Shown here: positions 50,001 to 63,605 of the stretch, piece after piece
Layout: each line of letters opens with the position of its first letter
Position numbering within the stretch: position 1 is the stretch's first letter
Assembly (NCBI GenBank): GCA_030390025.1
Contig: CM059431.1
Location: forward strand, 105,836,001-105,900,000
Direction: 5' to 3'
Length of the DNA: 64,000 nucleotides
DNA from: Squalus acanthias
Taxonomy: Eukaryota
Program-made: the position numbers and the translations under genes
Notes under the pieces: generated by a model
Told to the model about the DNA's origin: nothing
Databases searched by the model: none
The model's input: only the letters and a program-made list of their open reading frames with translations

Positions 50001-51364
50001 GCAGTCAGGAAGTGGGAGTCTTGGCCTTGAGCTCATCTTTTCCCCTCGCATCCAGTTGCCTCCACCTGGCCATCATCCTCCCTGCTTTCAAAACCCCGCA
50101 CTTTGACCATTGCTTCAGCTCCCCATCCTAATTCTCTATTCTCATCCCCCTTTGAGGGTGCCTTCAGTTCCTCATCCTAGCCTCTCCATTCCTTCTCCCC
50201 TTCTCTATGCTCAATTCCACCATATCCCTTTCCTCCTTATTACAAAGTGTTCTGAAATATAGCACAAGGAGTGCTATATAAAGACAAATTGTTGTTATCC
50301 TGTGAGCAGATAGTGCGTGGAGCACTTTCCCTGACTGAACAGAACTTGATAATATCATAAGAGGAGTTCTACACAAAACATCTGCTCTCAGGCTGCTACT
50401 ATATTGAATAGTTTAAAAGCATAAAACATCGTAACCACTGAGAGACACTGATAAATGCACAAATATTTACCTTTAATGTTTGGGATAATGTGTTGTAAGA
50501 TTACTCTTTTCAGCTTACTCCTACAACATTCTATTAACTATTTAGAAACTGCAATATTTACACGGCTTCTAAAAGAATTGAAATAGACTCATGCACCTTT
50601 CTTTAGTGTATTCATGTCATCTGCAATATCTCTGATTATTTCTGGTTTTGCCAACAAGCGTTAGCTTCCTTTTGGGCTCTTTGCAACACATAATTACGTG
50701 TCACATTAAACGTGTCTTCAAGTTCCGCTGACACTCGACTCCATTAGAAAAGCTACATTGCACTCTAAGCGACTCTGCCTTGGATGGAAGATTATATCGA
50801 CGTCCTATCTTAACTCTTCTGTTGGATGATAATGATCCTATGGCATGTTACAAAATGTTGGGAATAATCCTGATTTCCTAATCACTGCTCTGTCAAGAAT
50901 ATCCTCCCGTGTCTCTGATTTCCCTAAATCCCCGTTGTAAATGTGATCCCGTTGTAACTAGACTACACTAGTTAGATATCTTCAACGGCTGGCTGGAAGA
51001 AATGGGTGACTATAAGTGATATTGACATCTGCCAGATGCCAGTCATTCAGATCTCTTCCCACTGTCGAAAACAGCGTGTGACCTTGATAATGCAATTCAC
51101 TCACAATGCATTCACAGTGTTGCTGGGTACACTACACCATGGTAACATACATCACCACAATCCTGCCACGTGCTGTCAAAAGCCTGCTTGAAGAACGATG
51201 GAGAGTGACAAATCTGAGGCATGTCAGTAATGTAATGCAAAGATACCATGTCAACAAGTAATAGTGACATTTCAGCGCGCAGACTGAGAATTCATTCTCT
51301 GCTCTTTGTTTAACTGCATAAATAATGAGGTGTTTCAGACAAACCTGGGCAGTATTCAGACACT

Positions 51365-51680
51365 ACAACAACTTGCATTTATATAGCGCCTTTAACACAG
51401 TAAAACGTCCCAAGGCTCTCCAAAATTTGACACCGAGCCACATAAGGAGATATTAGGACAAGTGACCAAAAGCTTGGTCAAAGAGGTAGGTTTTAAGGAG
51501 CGACTTAAAAAGGAGAGAGAGGCGGAGAGGTTTAGAGAATGAATTCCAGAGCTGAGGTCCCAGGCAGCTGAAGGCACGGCCGCCAATGGTGGAGCGAAGG
51601 AAATCGGGGATGCTCAAGAGGCCAGAATTGGAGCAGTGCAGAGATCTCGGAGGGCTGTACGATTGGAGGAGGTTACAGAG
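51365..51680 (-). mobile_element. L2 3' fragment
   Basis: Homologous to 16806-17150. Confidence 0.88.
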
Positions 51681-52494
51681 GTAGTTAGCGTCATATCAAT
51701 GTCAAAAGGGATAAATATTGAAAGTAATGCATTGGGTATTAATTCCATCATGTCTGCTGCCTGGGAAAGAACAACTTTCAAATCTCTTGATGCTTTTTTT
51801 CTTATTATGGATCAAATTTAGGGTATATATGATCACTGACAGGAACTGTCATCTACATGAATATTCTGCTGAGCCATTTCTTGTGGATGTATATTTTATT
51901 TAAATGAATAACGCAGGCTATCCTTTACTCCAAATTAAAAGAAAACTCAGGTGTGGCTGCATAGATCAGCTTTGTCAGATCCAGTGACGATAAAAGTTGC
52001 ATCATAAAACTGGTCATTAAACACTGCTTCTTCGACCACATTTTATCACTTATGTTGCGACTTAATCGATGTGAGCCTTAGAGAAAAGGATTCTTCATCT
52101 TGAAAATAGCCCACTAAATAAAATTCACTCCAGGATGTGCAGGGAGTTCAAAATTCTTAGCATGACATCTTACTCCTTATTTATTGTCTGCCAGAAGCAA
52201 AGTTTGAGAAAATATTGCAGCATCACGCAAGGGATTCTAAATGTCCAAACAGGGCGCTGCAGCAAGTGGGTAAGAATATTGATGGGAGGGCCTCATTCTA
52301 TCACGTGGAGGCTCCAGATAATGACTTGCAGGCCACCGCTACAGAATGAACTTTGCTTAAGGTGGGGAAACATAGACACCTGGTGCAACCGCCTCCGCAC
52401 AGCCCTAACCTCCGCCCCTGCCCCGCTCCCACAACCCCACCCCCCTCCCTCCCCACCCCCCGTATATTGCTGATGACCCAGGCTCATCTTTAGC

Positions 52495-52715
52495 ACATAG
52501 AATCATAGAATGATACAGCACAGAAGGAGGCCATTCGGCCCATCGTGCCTGTGCCGGCTCTTTGGTCGAGCTGCCCAATTAGTCCCACTTCCCCTGATCT
52601 TTCCCCGTAGCGCCACAATTTTTTCCCCCTCCATGTACATAGCCACTTCCCTTTTGAAAGTTACTCCTGAATCTGCTTCCACCTCGCTTTCAGGTCGTGC
52701 ATCTCCAACATAACT
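52495..52715 (-). mobile_element. CR1 3' end
   Basis: (CATAGAAT)n tail; VEADSGVTFKREV motif. Confidence 0.85.
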
Positions 52716-52754
52716 GCTCACACAACATTTCACAAACTACATATCATATTTGAG

Positions 52755-53593
52755 AAAATGCTGGAAATGCTCAGCAGGCCAGGCAGCATCCGTGGAGAGA
52801 GAAACAGAGTTAACGTTTCAGGTCTGTGACCCTTTGTCAGAACTGGAAAAAGTTAGGGATGTAACAGGTTTTAAGCAAGTACAGAGACAGGGAAAAGGGG
52901 GGAGGGGGTAATAAGGAACAAAAGGGATGGTCTGTGCTAGGATTGAAGGCAGGAGAGATTAAGTGTTGCAAATGGGGATGGCAGAATCATCAACAGCTGC
53001 CGCCTGAAAAAATGGGGGCAGGGGTTATAGTCTGAAATTGTTGAAATCAATGTTGAGTCCAGAAGGCTGTAAAGTGCCTAATCGAAAGATGAGGTGCTGT
53101 TCCTCGAGCTTACGTTGAGCTTCATTGGAACAGTGTAAGTGGTCGAGGGCAGAGAGGTCGGAGAGGGAGTGGAGCGGAGAATTAAAGTGACAGGCGACCG
53201 GAAGCTCAGGGTCACCCTTACGGACTGAATGGAGGTGTTCCGCAAAGCGGTCGCCCAATCTGCGTCTGGTCTCCCCAAACTATAACCCCTGCCCCCATTT
53301 TTTCAGCCGGCAGCTGTTGATAATTCTGCCGTTCCCCATTTGCAACATTTAATCTCTCCTGCCTTCCATCCTAGCACAGACCGTCCCCTCCGCCGCCCCC
53401 CCCCCCCTCCGCACCCTTTCCCTGCCTCTGCACCTGCTTAAAACCTGTTACATCCCTAACTTTTTCCAGTCTGATGAAGGGTCACAGACCTGAAACGTTA
53501 ACTCTGTTTCTCTCCCCACGGATGCTGCCTGGCCTGTTTCCAGCATTTTCTGTTGTTATTTCAGATTTCCAGCATCCGCAGTATTTTGCTATT
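52755..53593 (-). mobile_element. Penelope-like element: GIY-YIG C-terminal fragment with inverted pseudo-LTRs
   Basis: GETRRRLGDRFAEHL..VACHFN..EQHLIFRLGTLQPSGLN (53025-53277, -); 52755-53030 is inverted at 53279-53550; near-TSD ATATCATAT(T/G)TGAG. Confidence 0.92.
53465..53506 (+). ncRNA. Putative minimal hammerhead ribozyme in the Penelope pLTR
   Basis: CTGATGA-A-GGGTC-ACA-GACCT-GAAACGTT; palindromic AACGTT stem III; short AGT/ACT stem I. Confidence 0.65.
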
Positions 53594-54121
53594 ATATCAT
53601 ATGTGAGCTTCCTTACTTACACACAACTATCTTTGACAAATCTCATAACCCAATCTTCAAGTGAAAATGGACTTTTCCCATAGATTGGTTAAATCACTTT
53701 ACCGTGCTGATTCTACACTTAAAATATACATTAACATTTTCAGTTTGTTTTGCAATTTTTCATTATGAAAAATGGTGGAATTTGAAGAAAAATATATCTT
53801 AGTAATAAATGATTTTCATTTGGAATGTTTCTCCCTTTTGCAAAGCTCTTGCTTAATAACCTCCAGGGGCACGTTAGCAGAATAGAGCGAATGAGTTAAA
53901 GACTTGGGTTCAGACGCCTCACAGTTATCACAGAAGCTTTCTAACACCTGCCACTTTATTTGTTTCGACATCCAAATCGCTGACTGTCCCAACTGGACAG
54001 AATCATTGGAATCAAACCCAGAGAAGATATTATAAATCAAAAATCACCATGATCGAGAAACTAGGGGTGTGCTCACATGTTGGGTCCCAGCCATTTCTCC
54101 CTTCTCAGCCCTACTTGAGAC

Positions 54122-54300
54122 CAATGTTCCCTCGAGGCTGTGCGGCCGGGCGGATGAGCAGTGTCCGTGAGGTCCTGCGCAGGCCGCTCACCGGCTTGTG
54201 CACTGTAAAAAAACAAAAAACCGCGCGTGCGCAAAAATATGAATGGACCGCACGGCAATTTAAAGGGACCGCGCATGAAAAAAAATTGAAGGGGACATTG
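54122..54300. mobile_element. hAT-like MITE
   Basis: TIRs CAATGTTCCCTC / GGGGACATTG; near-TSD CTTGAGAC / CTTGATAT. Confidence 0.8.
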
Positions 54301-56387
54301 CTTGATATTATTGTAGAAGTCACATTTTTCTTCAACTTTTGCAAATAACCAACGGATCACCTCATTTGCATCTACTGATTTAGTGTACGAAACCCGACAA
54401 TAGCAATTTTAAAAAGCTATCTCTCACACACCTATTCTAGTTGTGGCAGTTTCATTCAAACTGACATTTGAACGCCCTTGGAACAGACATTTAATTTTGT
54501 AACATCAGCTTTTTTTTCTTGTAGCCTTTTCATCTGCGAACTGACTGTGTTTATCTCTATTCCCTGGGTGGCGCAAAGATGAGCCTATAATCTGCTAATA
54601 TCTGATTTTCTGAGAGACAGGCTGTTCCACTGGGACTAAGCCATTCTTGTTCTCCGGCACATTAAGAATTAATACTTACCCTCTCTGCACTTTCCAGCCT
54701 CCACATAAACTTTAACAAAGCTGTCCAAATCCCCTCAGCCATGCACTTGGAAGATTAACAATAATCCTTTTGATCAGAATTACTCTCTGTCTGTGAACAG
54801 TTTCTATTGAGCGCCGCTGGCAGCCACTGTTTGCATTGCTTCGGTCAACGGGAAGACATTATTAGATTAATCTTCATCCCTAATCAAAACACGCTGATTG
54901 TGCCTCCAAAACAGCACAGATGCCAGGGAGTTAAGGCTTGTGTGCATTCAGATCTATGCAAAAAAGGGGCCCAATTAATAGGCGCAATCAGAATAAATAT
55001 CTCCTACAATTCCATTTATATGGTGACTTTGAAAGATAAACAATTTTTTTTTTTTTTTTTTACTACTTCAAATGAATTTGTCTGAATCATCTTTAGCAGC
55101 CAAGTCTGAGTGCGATGGATCAAACATTATTTTGCTCGAAAGGTTATTGCTGAGACAAAAACTGAGCCAAAATGGCACAGGTCAACCAAGAGCCTAGGTA
55201 AGCAGCGGCTCAGGTTTTACATGGCATCTTGATTCCCCCAACAAAAACACAATTGTCATCATAATTTGACATTGTCACGCTGCATTGATCAAAACAATTT
55301 TAAGCAAACAGCATGACGCTACAATTTTTGTCTCTTTAGTCAGTAACCATTGGTGCTTTTTTCTTTCCGAACATGTACTTACGACTCAGTGACTGAGAAG
55401 CCCATGATAATATCTCCATTTAGTCCGAACTATTGGACTGCGAAACACTTGATGCAGAAAAACAAAATACAGAAATAAGCAAGTCACAATCTGGTCTATC
55501 AAATAAGCATTTTCTCTGTTCAGTTGCCCTTGAAATGTACCTTGTTATTTGTTCAGAAGAGCAGACTTTGTTTCTGGATACAAATGTCTATTAGGCTGCT
55601 GTAGCCGATTTAACAGAGGTAAATTTTCAGAATTTAATTGGCGCATTCATTAAATAGATATAAATTGTGTGATTGAGATAGATTATAAAATGGCACACTA
55701 TTGTGCTGGTTAGATTCCTCTGCGCAATTCACAGTTACAATGATGCATTTGCCACATTTCAGTGTCAGGTCTGGTTACTGTATACAAGGGAGAACATGCA
55801 TTTTATTCTGAGATTACAACAACAAAAAAAGGCAGTCAAATGCAGTCCCCTCCCCAAATATTAACCCAGGATAAAAAAAATCATATTTCTTCAAAATGCC
55901 TCTCGTGTTTCAGTCACCTGCCCACCAACCAGGAAATTAACATATTGGAGAGAGAGGCATAAGGTAATGGAGGGGAAGTTCAAGATAAATGCACAAATAA
56001 ACTCCGCTGTCCTGTTCATAAAATAGTACAGCACAGAAGAAGGAGGCCATTCGGCCCATCAAGTCTGTTCATTGTCTTTTTTTTTTTGCAGCTGTTTTGA
56101 CCCAATGGCACAATTCTGCTTTGTGATGTTCTGATAACTTTGTCCTGAGTTGGGATTCCTCTCCACAGATCCACCATGCTGTGTTGAATGGAAAGCCATG
56201 CTCATGCTTCCCTGAGCCACTCTGAGGCATATACACTGAGGGCTTACATTCTCCAGTTCGACTCTCTGGTTCTGTGATCTGATCAGTCGAACGGTCTCTA
56301 CTACATCATAAAGTCACCCATTCATATAGACACAACACTTAACAATATATCGGTTTCAGTTTCCCGCACAGTAACTTGCATGGTAGC

Positions 56388-56615
56388 TGACGTAAGAAAA
56401 CTACTAGGCACTTGGTCTAAGCGTTAAACAAAGCTTTAATCAACTGTTTTTCAACATGGAGATCTAGTTGTGTCCTTCACTAGTTCCTGTTAAGAATGTC
56501 CCGCGCAAGCTGGGCCTGTGCCCGAGTATTTATACTCTCCCTGGGCAGCGCCACCAGCAGGCCGCCCAGTATTATTTCATAAGTCATTTCCACATGAATG
56601 ACAAGATTCATGTCA
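56388..56615 (-). mobile_element. Putative short solo LTR (228 bp)
   Basis: TGACGT...ATGTCA termini; perfect 5-bp TSD GTAGC; minus-strand TATAAATA followed by ATTAAA. Confidence 0.75.
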
Positions 56616-57316
56616 GTAGCATTTATACGTAAATGACTTTAAACAGTCTACGCAGCATGCTGACTTGGAATGTTTGCGAATCCCTGACCTGAATGGTGGC
56701 TCTCAAGTAGAATACTGGCTGTGAGATGGATTTTCATTACAGACTAGTTTGGTGTGCTCATATTGATTTTTGGCCATTCATGCCCATGAAACATTAATGG
56801 TAATTCACAGTCACCAGTGCTGGAGTATTCCAAATATCAGTGAGATATATCGGGACTGATAGATTATTATAGCACAGAGGGAGGCCATTAAGACCATCAT
56901 GCCTGTGCTGGCTTTTTGCTAGTGAAATCCAAAAGCAATCCCACTGCCCTGCACTCTCCCGACAGATCTTCCATTCTTCGCTGTCATCGAAGTAATCGAG
57001 ACATGACGTTCACCAATTATATCCTCGAGCCAGAATTCAATCAGACCGCAGGGCTATCTCTATTGTGTCACTTCTGAACCAATCGTATTTGACAAAAATG
57101 TAGCTATAACCATTATTTACCTACCCCATGAACTAAAATTTATAACTTAATAAACTACAACACAGAAAAGTTTAGTTCCAATAGCTCCACCTCTTTCCAA
57201 GAAAAGTACAGCATCTTGTCAGTCCTCTGAATATCCTGGAGTCCAAATATAAGTCCTCCCCATACTGCACAAAGCTCCTACAACAACCTGACCTCCAACA
57301 TTTGGAGTAAACACCA

Positions 57317-57427
57317 AGGGGATAATTTGAAGTCAATCAATGGAAAGGAAAATCAAGCGAGGTGTATAACGGGCAGCTGATCTGATATCGCCCCTTTTAT
57401 ACTCTCACCCAGTATCAAAGTGACCCC
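57317..57427. mobile_element. Tiny MITE
   Basis: GGGGATAATTTGA / TCAAAGTGACCCC with CAA on both sides. Confidence 0.5.
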
Positions 57428-57603
57428 CAAGGGTCTTGCCATTGGAGGCAAAGACAGCTATGCTTTGTGGCCGCTGGTTAGTCTGTTAGACTTCCCACCT
57501 TCATTGGAGGAGTGAATGGTGGGCAGAAACAAAGTCACTTATAACCGATTGTGCATATTCAAACTTTCCATTGTTGCAGCTACTGTGGAATCTGCTCTGT
57601 AAA

Positions 57604-58052
57604 GGAAGAAAAACTTGCATTTATATCGTGCCTTTCATGACCTCAGATGTCCCAAAGCGCTTTACAGCCAATGAAGTACTTTTGATGTAAGTCGCTGTTG
57701 TAATGTAGGAAACACGGCAGCCAATTTGCGCACAGCAAGCTCCCACAAACAGCAATGTGATACTGACCAGATAATCTGTTTTTTACTGCTGTTGGTTGAG
57801 AGATAAATATTGGCCAGGACACCGGCGAAAACTCCCCAGCTCTTCTTCTAAATAGTTCGGTGGGACCTTTCACCCGAGTGGGTAGACGGGACCTCAGTTT
57901 AACATCTCATCCAAAAGACGGCACCTCCAACACTACAGCACCCCGCTCAGTGCTGCACTGAAGTGGCAACCTGGATTACGTGGACTCAGACTTGAACCCA
58001 CAACCTTCGGACTCAGAGGCAAGAGTGCTACCGACTGAGCCACGTCTGACAC
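57604..58052 (-). mobile_element. DeuSINE (SacSINE1-like)
   Basis: Homologous to the other copies. Confidence 0.85.
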
Positions 58053-58424
58053 TGTAATATCAACCAAGCAGATTCCACAGCAGTGGGACACGGAACACAA
58101 GTTGCAATATCATTAAGAGGTTCTGCAACACTGAAGTGCCGTTATCAAACCTGGTGAGACCTGACAGAACTGATTATACATGAGGTTGATGCCAGCAATA
58201 GAACTCGTAAACACTCAACAAACACTGTAGTATGAACAGAGCGATTAGACAATCTGCTATTTTATTCTCACACATTAAAAAATGCTGTCACGATAGGGGA
58301 GGATGTAGATACAGAAAGTAACCTTTTCTAACTGTCACAGTTCAGAATCTTCTCCAACACTTGCTTATACGTTCACAGCTAGCTGGCAATTTTCATCAGC
58401 AGTCAGTCCTGTATGAATTGAAAC

Positions 58425-58853
58425 TTAGATTGAGTAGAACGGCCGTATATCCTCTGGAGTTTAGAAGAGTGAGAGGCGATCTCATTGAAACGTATAATTT
58501 TTTTTTTAAGAGATTGACAGGGTAGATGCAAAGAGGCTGTTTCCTCTGGCTGGAGGGGTCACAGTCTCAGGATAAGGGTTCAGTCATTTAGGACTGGGAT
58601 GAGGATAGATTTCTTCACTCAGAGGGTGGTGAATCTTTGGAATTCTCTACCCCAGGGGGCTGTGGATGCTCAGTCATTGAGTATATTCAAGGCTGAGATC
58701 GATAGATTTCTGGGCACTGGGGAATCAAGGGATATGGGGATCAGGCGGGAAAGTGGAGTTGAGGTGGAAGATCAGCCATGATCTTATTGAATGGCAGAGC
58801 AGGCTCGAGGGGCCGTATGGCCACCTCCTGCTGCTAGTCCTTATGTTCTTATG
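58425..58853 (+). mobile_element. CR1 3' end
   Basis: FFTQRVVNLWNSLP...FKAEIDRFL. Confidence 0.9.
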
Positions 58854-59716
58854 AAACATGCATTCATATTCACCTCTGTATACAGGTTAGTGTGCCCAAG
58901 TTCAATTATCACGCCCTGAATCATGGTAAACTGCTTACCAGAAAATACATGGGAGGCCCACCACATATTTTCCCTCAACTCCAAAGGTGGAAAATAATAT
59001 GTCACCAGTTCAATGCATTCAGGCTAAAACTGCTTGCTCAGATTTCTTTGCAGGTAAGTGAATACAAAGAGTCAGAAAGACACAGCAAGAAAATAAAACA
59101 AGGAGAATACACATTATATGAACCGAGCTGTATCAGAACTGATCAGTCTGCTCAACAAAAGACAGCCAAGAGACAAGAAAATAGATTTGACAAATTCATA
59201 CTCCCGTATGGAGCGCCATATGCCGGGAATGTATATCGGGAATTCAGACACGAGGTCAGCAAGCTCCATGGGAATTTCTGTCTATTTAAGTCTGAAATCC
59301 TTGCAGTCTTTTCAGTAAGTTATTAGTAACAGTCTCTGATGGTAAATCACACCGGAACAATTCCTCACAGAGCCCCCATTAGTGGCAGCATGAATGGTGA
59401 GTGAAATAGGGAAATGAAAACCACAAGAACATCGGTAGATTAGAAGGAATCCTTCTCTTCGATCGTTAAACAATCTGTTCCCAATAGTCAGGCAATTAAA
59501 ATGTTAACAGTTGGGTGGACAAGGTGCGAACTGAAGCCTCTTGACTCTCATGAGCTAGGTCTGAATCACGGGTTTTGTGTAGCCAACTGCAACCTGATAA
59601 AATTAGGCTTTCCCAGTTGCCGACCTTACTAGATCGTAGCAAATTTACTTTAGGAGGTTTTAGGGTCTCGGACAATATAAAAACAGATTAATAGTCCATT
59701 TTTGACACCTGAAAAC

Positions 59717-59965
59717 ACAACAACAGCAACAACTTGCATTTATATGGTGCCTTTAAGGGTCCCAAGGCCCTTCACAGGACCATTATCAGACAAAATTTGA
59801 CATCGAGTCACATAAAGAGATATTAGGACAGGTGGCCAAAAGCTTGGTCAAATAGATGGTTTTTAAGGAGTCTTTCAAAGGAGGAGAGAGAGAGGTAGAG
59901 AGGCGGAGCGGCTTGGGGGGTGGAGGGGTGGCATTCCAGAGCTTAGGACCTAGGCAGCAGAAGGA
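59717..59965 (-). mobile_element. L2 3' end
   Basis: L2 tail homologous to 2971-3200. Confidence 0.85.
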
Positions 59966-61851
59966 GCTTTATCCTCCAGGGAACCTAAATGCCAGCTTCC
60001 TCTCTCCCTCAGGCACAAGTCACGCAGAACACATCTGAAGTTCATTCCATCTGACCTGACATGAAGCGGCCTATATTTCTGGCGTCTGGTCATTTTAATC
60101 GGCCTCTTAGTGGGAATGCCTCTCAGCAGGGCTTTGTGACAGGAAACTGGGGGAAGAAAGGCAACTGCGTGCAACAGCAGGAACGGCCACCAGGCCTTTC
60201 CGCTGTGGTCCAGAAAATAGGTCAGTAGATCACCTGGGAGGAAGGGAGGGAGGGCAGGAGGGGGGGGGGTGGGTAAATCAACCTCGCTGCTTTCCGTGTT
60301 GGAAGCACACCTTCTGATTGTCCGGTCTAAGGGGGTTAGTTGCAAACATTAATGCCCACTATCTGTGGGCACAACTCCCTTGACCGTCCCCCAAGCAGAG
60401 ACTCGGGAAGATAAGATGGGAATGTGTCCCAACATCATTCCTGCCTCGCTTCCATATAACTTTCATGCTTACACCTGTTATAGGCTCAAGCGCCCTGCAC
60501 CCACCTCCCCTCCCCCCTAGGGAAGCCCCCGAAGTACGAGGGCAACATAAAGGAGGTGAAGAGCCTACACCACTATTTTATGTTACTTTAACCCGTGCTT
60601 TGCACCCGGAAAATAAGCATTCCCCAGATGCAAAGTAGTTGATTAATTGGGAAACAAGGCTACTGGAGCTTCGCCCGAGAGACAGTATCTCTGGCAGCCT
60701 GGAACCATGTGCACTTCAATTCGAGGGCACCACAAATTTAAAATGTTATATGTAATATAATATAAATATATGTCTTCTCGGAGAAAAGCTCAACTTCCAA
60801 ATGTCACAATGCGCACAGAAATAAGCACCATTTTTTTTCCCTCACTGCAATTCCGTTTAACTCCTAAAAATCATCTGAAATGATCAAACTGCACAACGTT
60901 AAATACATTAAAGTTGTACCTAACAGTACAACGCACAGGATAAGCATAAAGGTGGGTAGCCCCACAGTAGAGATATGCATCACATCTCACCTTTGGCCAA
61001 GTGATCACTCCTATTTAGACCACCCGATTTGAAACAATGTTTCTGTGACCTCAGAAGTATGGAGATATAGAAAACGTCTGCAAAGAGTTCACAGATAACA
61101 CATCTGGCAGAAAATGCGATAATAACAATTTAAAAGCAGCTATTCTGCCTGCCCAGCGATCTATACTAACATCTATACAAATACAAAGTACATTTATTTT
61201 CTTAGTGCGCAGTTCAAAATCACATGGCTTCTAAGAAGATTAAGAAAAGTGCTGCTTCTGGGATGGTTTCTTTCGTTATGTAATTTATCGCTAGGGTTAG
61301 TCAAAGACTTTCTGACAATGCACCGCACATTTATTTTACACCACATGGGCTAGATCTTGCTCGGAAAATAGCGGTGTGCTAACGACGCACACCGTTATTA
61401 ATGCACAAATCGGCCAGCGAGTTCAGGGGATGATGAGATACGCCGTGAGTTGTGAATCTCCAGAACTTGCTGGTCGATTTATGACGCTCCAGCGTTTACT
61501 TCTCACAAACACCATCTCGCCCTCAACCTGCCCGTTATTTTTAACAACTTGCCGGAGAGGCATGTTAATTGCCCATTAAACTCGCGGCAGAAAGCTAGGG
61601 CTGGAACTTAACAGCGTAAGTACCTTTTTAACAACGTGATAATTGTTAATGCAATGCCAATCAACCTCTTTGGCCCAGAAAGAGAACAATTTAAACTGTT
61701 GGATCTCATACCTGCATGTGATAAATTGTTGTTAGAGATTTTAAAAATGTCAAATTTTAAACAATGTTCTTACTTTTCTCTCTCTCTCTCTCTCTTAATC
61801 CAATGTTTCTTCCCTCACTTTATTTCTCTTTCTGTACCTGATTTGACTCTA

Positions 61852-62597
61852 AGGGCTGGATTTTCATTGTCCCGTGGAGGTGGGTTTAGAGGCATGTGGG
61901 GGGTTAAAATTGCGAAAACTGGCGGGCGGGCACAAGTCCGCCTCCATCCCGCCTCCACGCAATTTTCATTAAATCGTGTCTACTGGTCCCGACTCCGTCC
62001 CACCTTTAAGAGGCGGGATAGGCTGTTAAGGCCCTTAAGAAGCACTAAATTGGCTCTATAATGCCATTTTGAAAGGCCTTTGTGATTTTAACCCTTGATC
62101 TACGTGAAGCACGCCTGTTCTGAACCACGACTGTGAAACCTGGCGGGAGCACATTTGGATAGCTGACTATCAGCTGCAGGTCCACTATTACAACGGAGAT
62201 GTGATGAAGGTAGTAGTAGTATTATTAGGTGTGAAAGTGGACTCTGATGCTGCTGCATTGAAGGTGTTCGGAGACTGCCTGGCCTTTGCTGTGAGAGGAC
62301 GTGGATGCAAAATTCTCTCATTCTCTCTCTCTCTCAGCAGACTTCGGGCTGCTGCTCATTTTGCATCCAGCAAAGGTCAGGCAGTCTCTGACCTTCAATG
62401 CAACAGCAATGATGACATCATCAGAGGCGACTTTCAGACTGAAAACACTAATTGGTTCATGGGTTCCCACATGCTGGAACTCAATTGCCCAATTAGGTGA
62501 AAATTGCATCAATCTCCCACATCCAGTTGCAGACGGGTGGATAACACGAAAAGTGGATAACACGACCCCAACCCGCTCCAGTATCAAAATCCAGCCC
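61852..62597. mobile_element. Harbinger/PIF MITE
   Basis: Perfect 12-bp TIR GGGCTGGATTTT / AAAATCCAGCCC with TAA TSD. Confidence 0.88.
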
Positions 62598-62603
62598 TAA
62601 TTC

Positions 62604-63605
62604 ACAACAACCACCTGCATTTATATAGTGCCTTTAATGTAATAAAACATCCAAGGCACTTCACTGGAGGGTTATAAAACAAAATTTGACACTAAGCCAC
62701 ATAAGCAGAAATTAGGGCAGATGACCAAAAGCTTGGTCAAAGAGGTAGGTTTGAAGGAGCATTGTAAAGGAGGAGAGAGAGGTAGAGAGGCGGAGAGGTT
62801 TAGGCAGGGAATTCCAGAGCTTAGGGCCCAGGCAGCTGAAAGCATGGCCGCCAATGGTTGATTGATTATAATCAGGGATGCTCAAGAGGGCAGAATTAGA
62901 GGAGCGCAGATATCTCAGAGGGTTGTGGGGCTGGAGGAGATTACAGGAATAGGGAGGGGCAAGGCCATGGAGGGATTTGAAAACAAGGATGAGAATTTTA
63001 AAATCAAGGCGTTGCTGAACCGGAAGCCAATGTAGGTCAGCGAGCACAGGGGAGATGGGTGAACGGGATTTGGTGCGAGTTAGGACACAGGCAGCAACGA
63101 CCTCAAGGTTACGTAGGGTAGAACATGGCAGGCCAGCCAGGAGTGCGTTGGAATAGTCAAGTCTAGAGGTAACAAAGCCATGGATGAGGGTTTCAGCAGC
63201 GGATGAGCTGAGGCAAGGGCAGAGTCTGGCAATGTTCCGGAGGTGGAAATAAGCGGTCTTAGTGATGGTGCTGATATTTGGTCGGAAGCTCATTTCGGGG
63301 TCAAATATGACACCAAGGTTACAAATAGTCTGGTTCAGCCTCAGATAGATGCCAGGGAGAGGGATGGAGTCATTGGCCAGGGAACGGAGTTTGTGGTGGG
63401 GACCGAAGACAGTGGCTTCAGTCTTCCCAACATTGAGTTGGAGGAAATTTCGGCTCATCCAATACTGGATGTCGGACAAGCAGTCTGACAATTTAGAGGC
63501 GGTGGAGGGGTTGAGAGAGGTGGTGGTGAGGTAGAGCTGGGTGTCGTCAGCGTACATGTGGAAACTGACTCTGCGTTTTCGGATGATGTCGCCGAGGGGC
63601 AGCAC
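62604..63605 (-). mobile_element. 5'-truncated L2 LINE with an open 297-aa ORF2 C-terminal part
   Basis: FHMYADDTQLY, NFLQLNVGKTE, SRLDYSNALL and LHWLPV motifs. Confidence 0.95.

Noticed and set aside
43415..54742. Hypothetical two-exon minus-strand ORF (54742-54680 MAEGIWTALLKFMWRLESAER joined to 43540-43415 NVYKATRW...CKMCK*)
   Set aside because: Phase-compatible splice sites only; weak acceptor and no recognisable homology. It would need RNA-seq support.
58892..59326. 144-aa plus-strand ORF with nearby GTAAGT donors
   Set aside because: GTG start, no known motifs; cannot be supported as a gene.
60991..61077. 87-nt exon-like segment on the minus strand (CTCTTTGCAG ... AAG|GTGAGA) with one open frame
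   Set aside because: Peptide not recognisable; an open frame this short is not significant.
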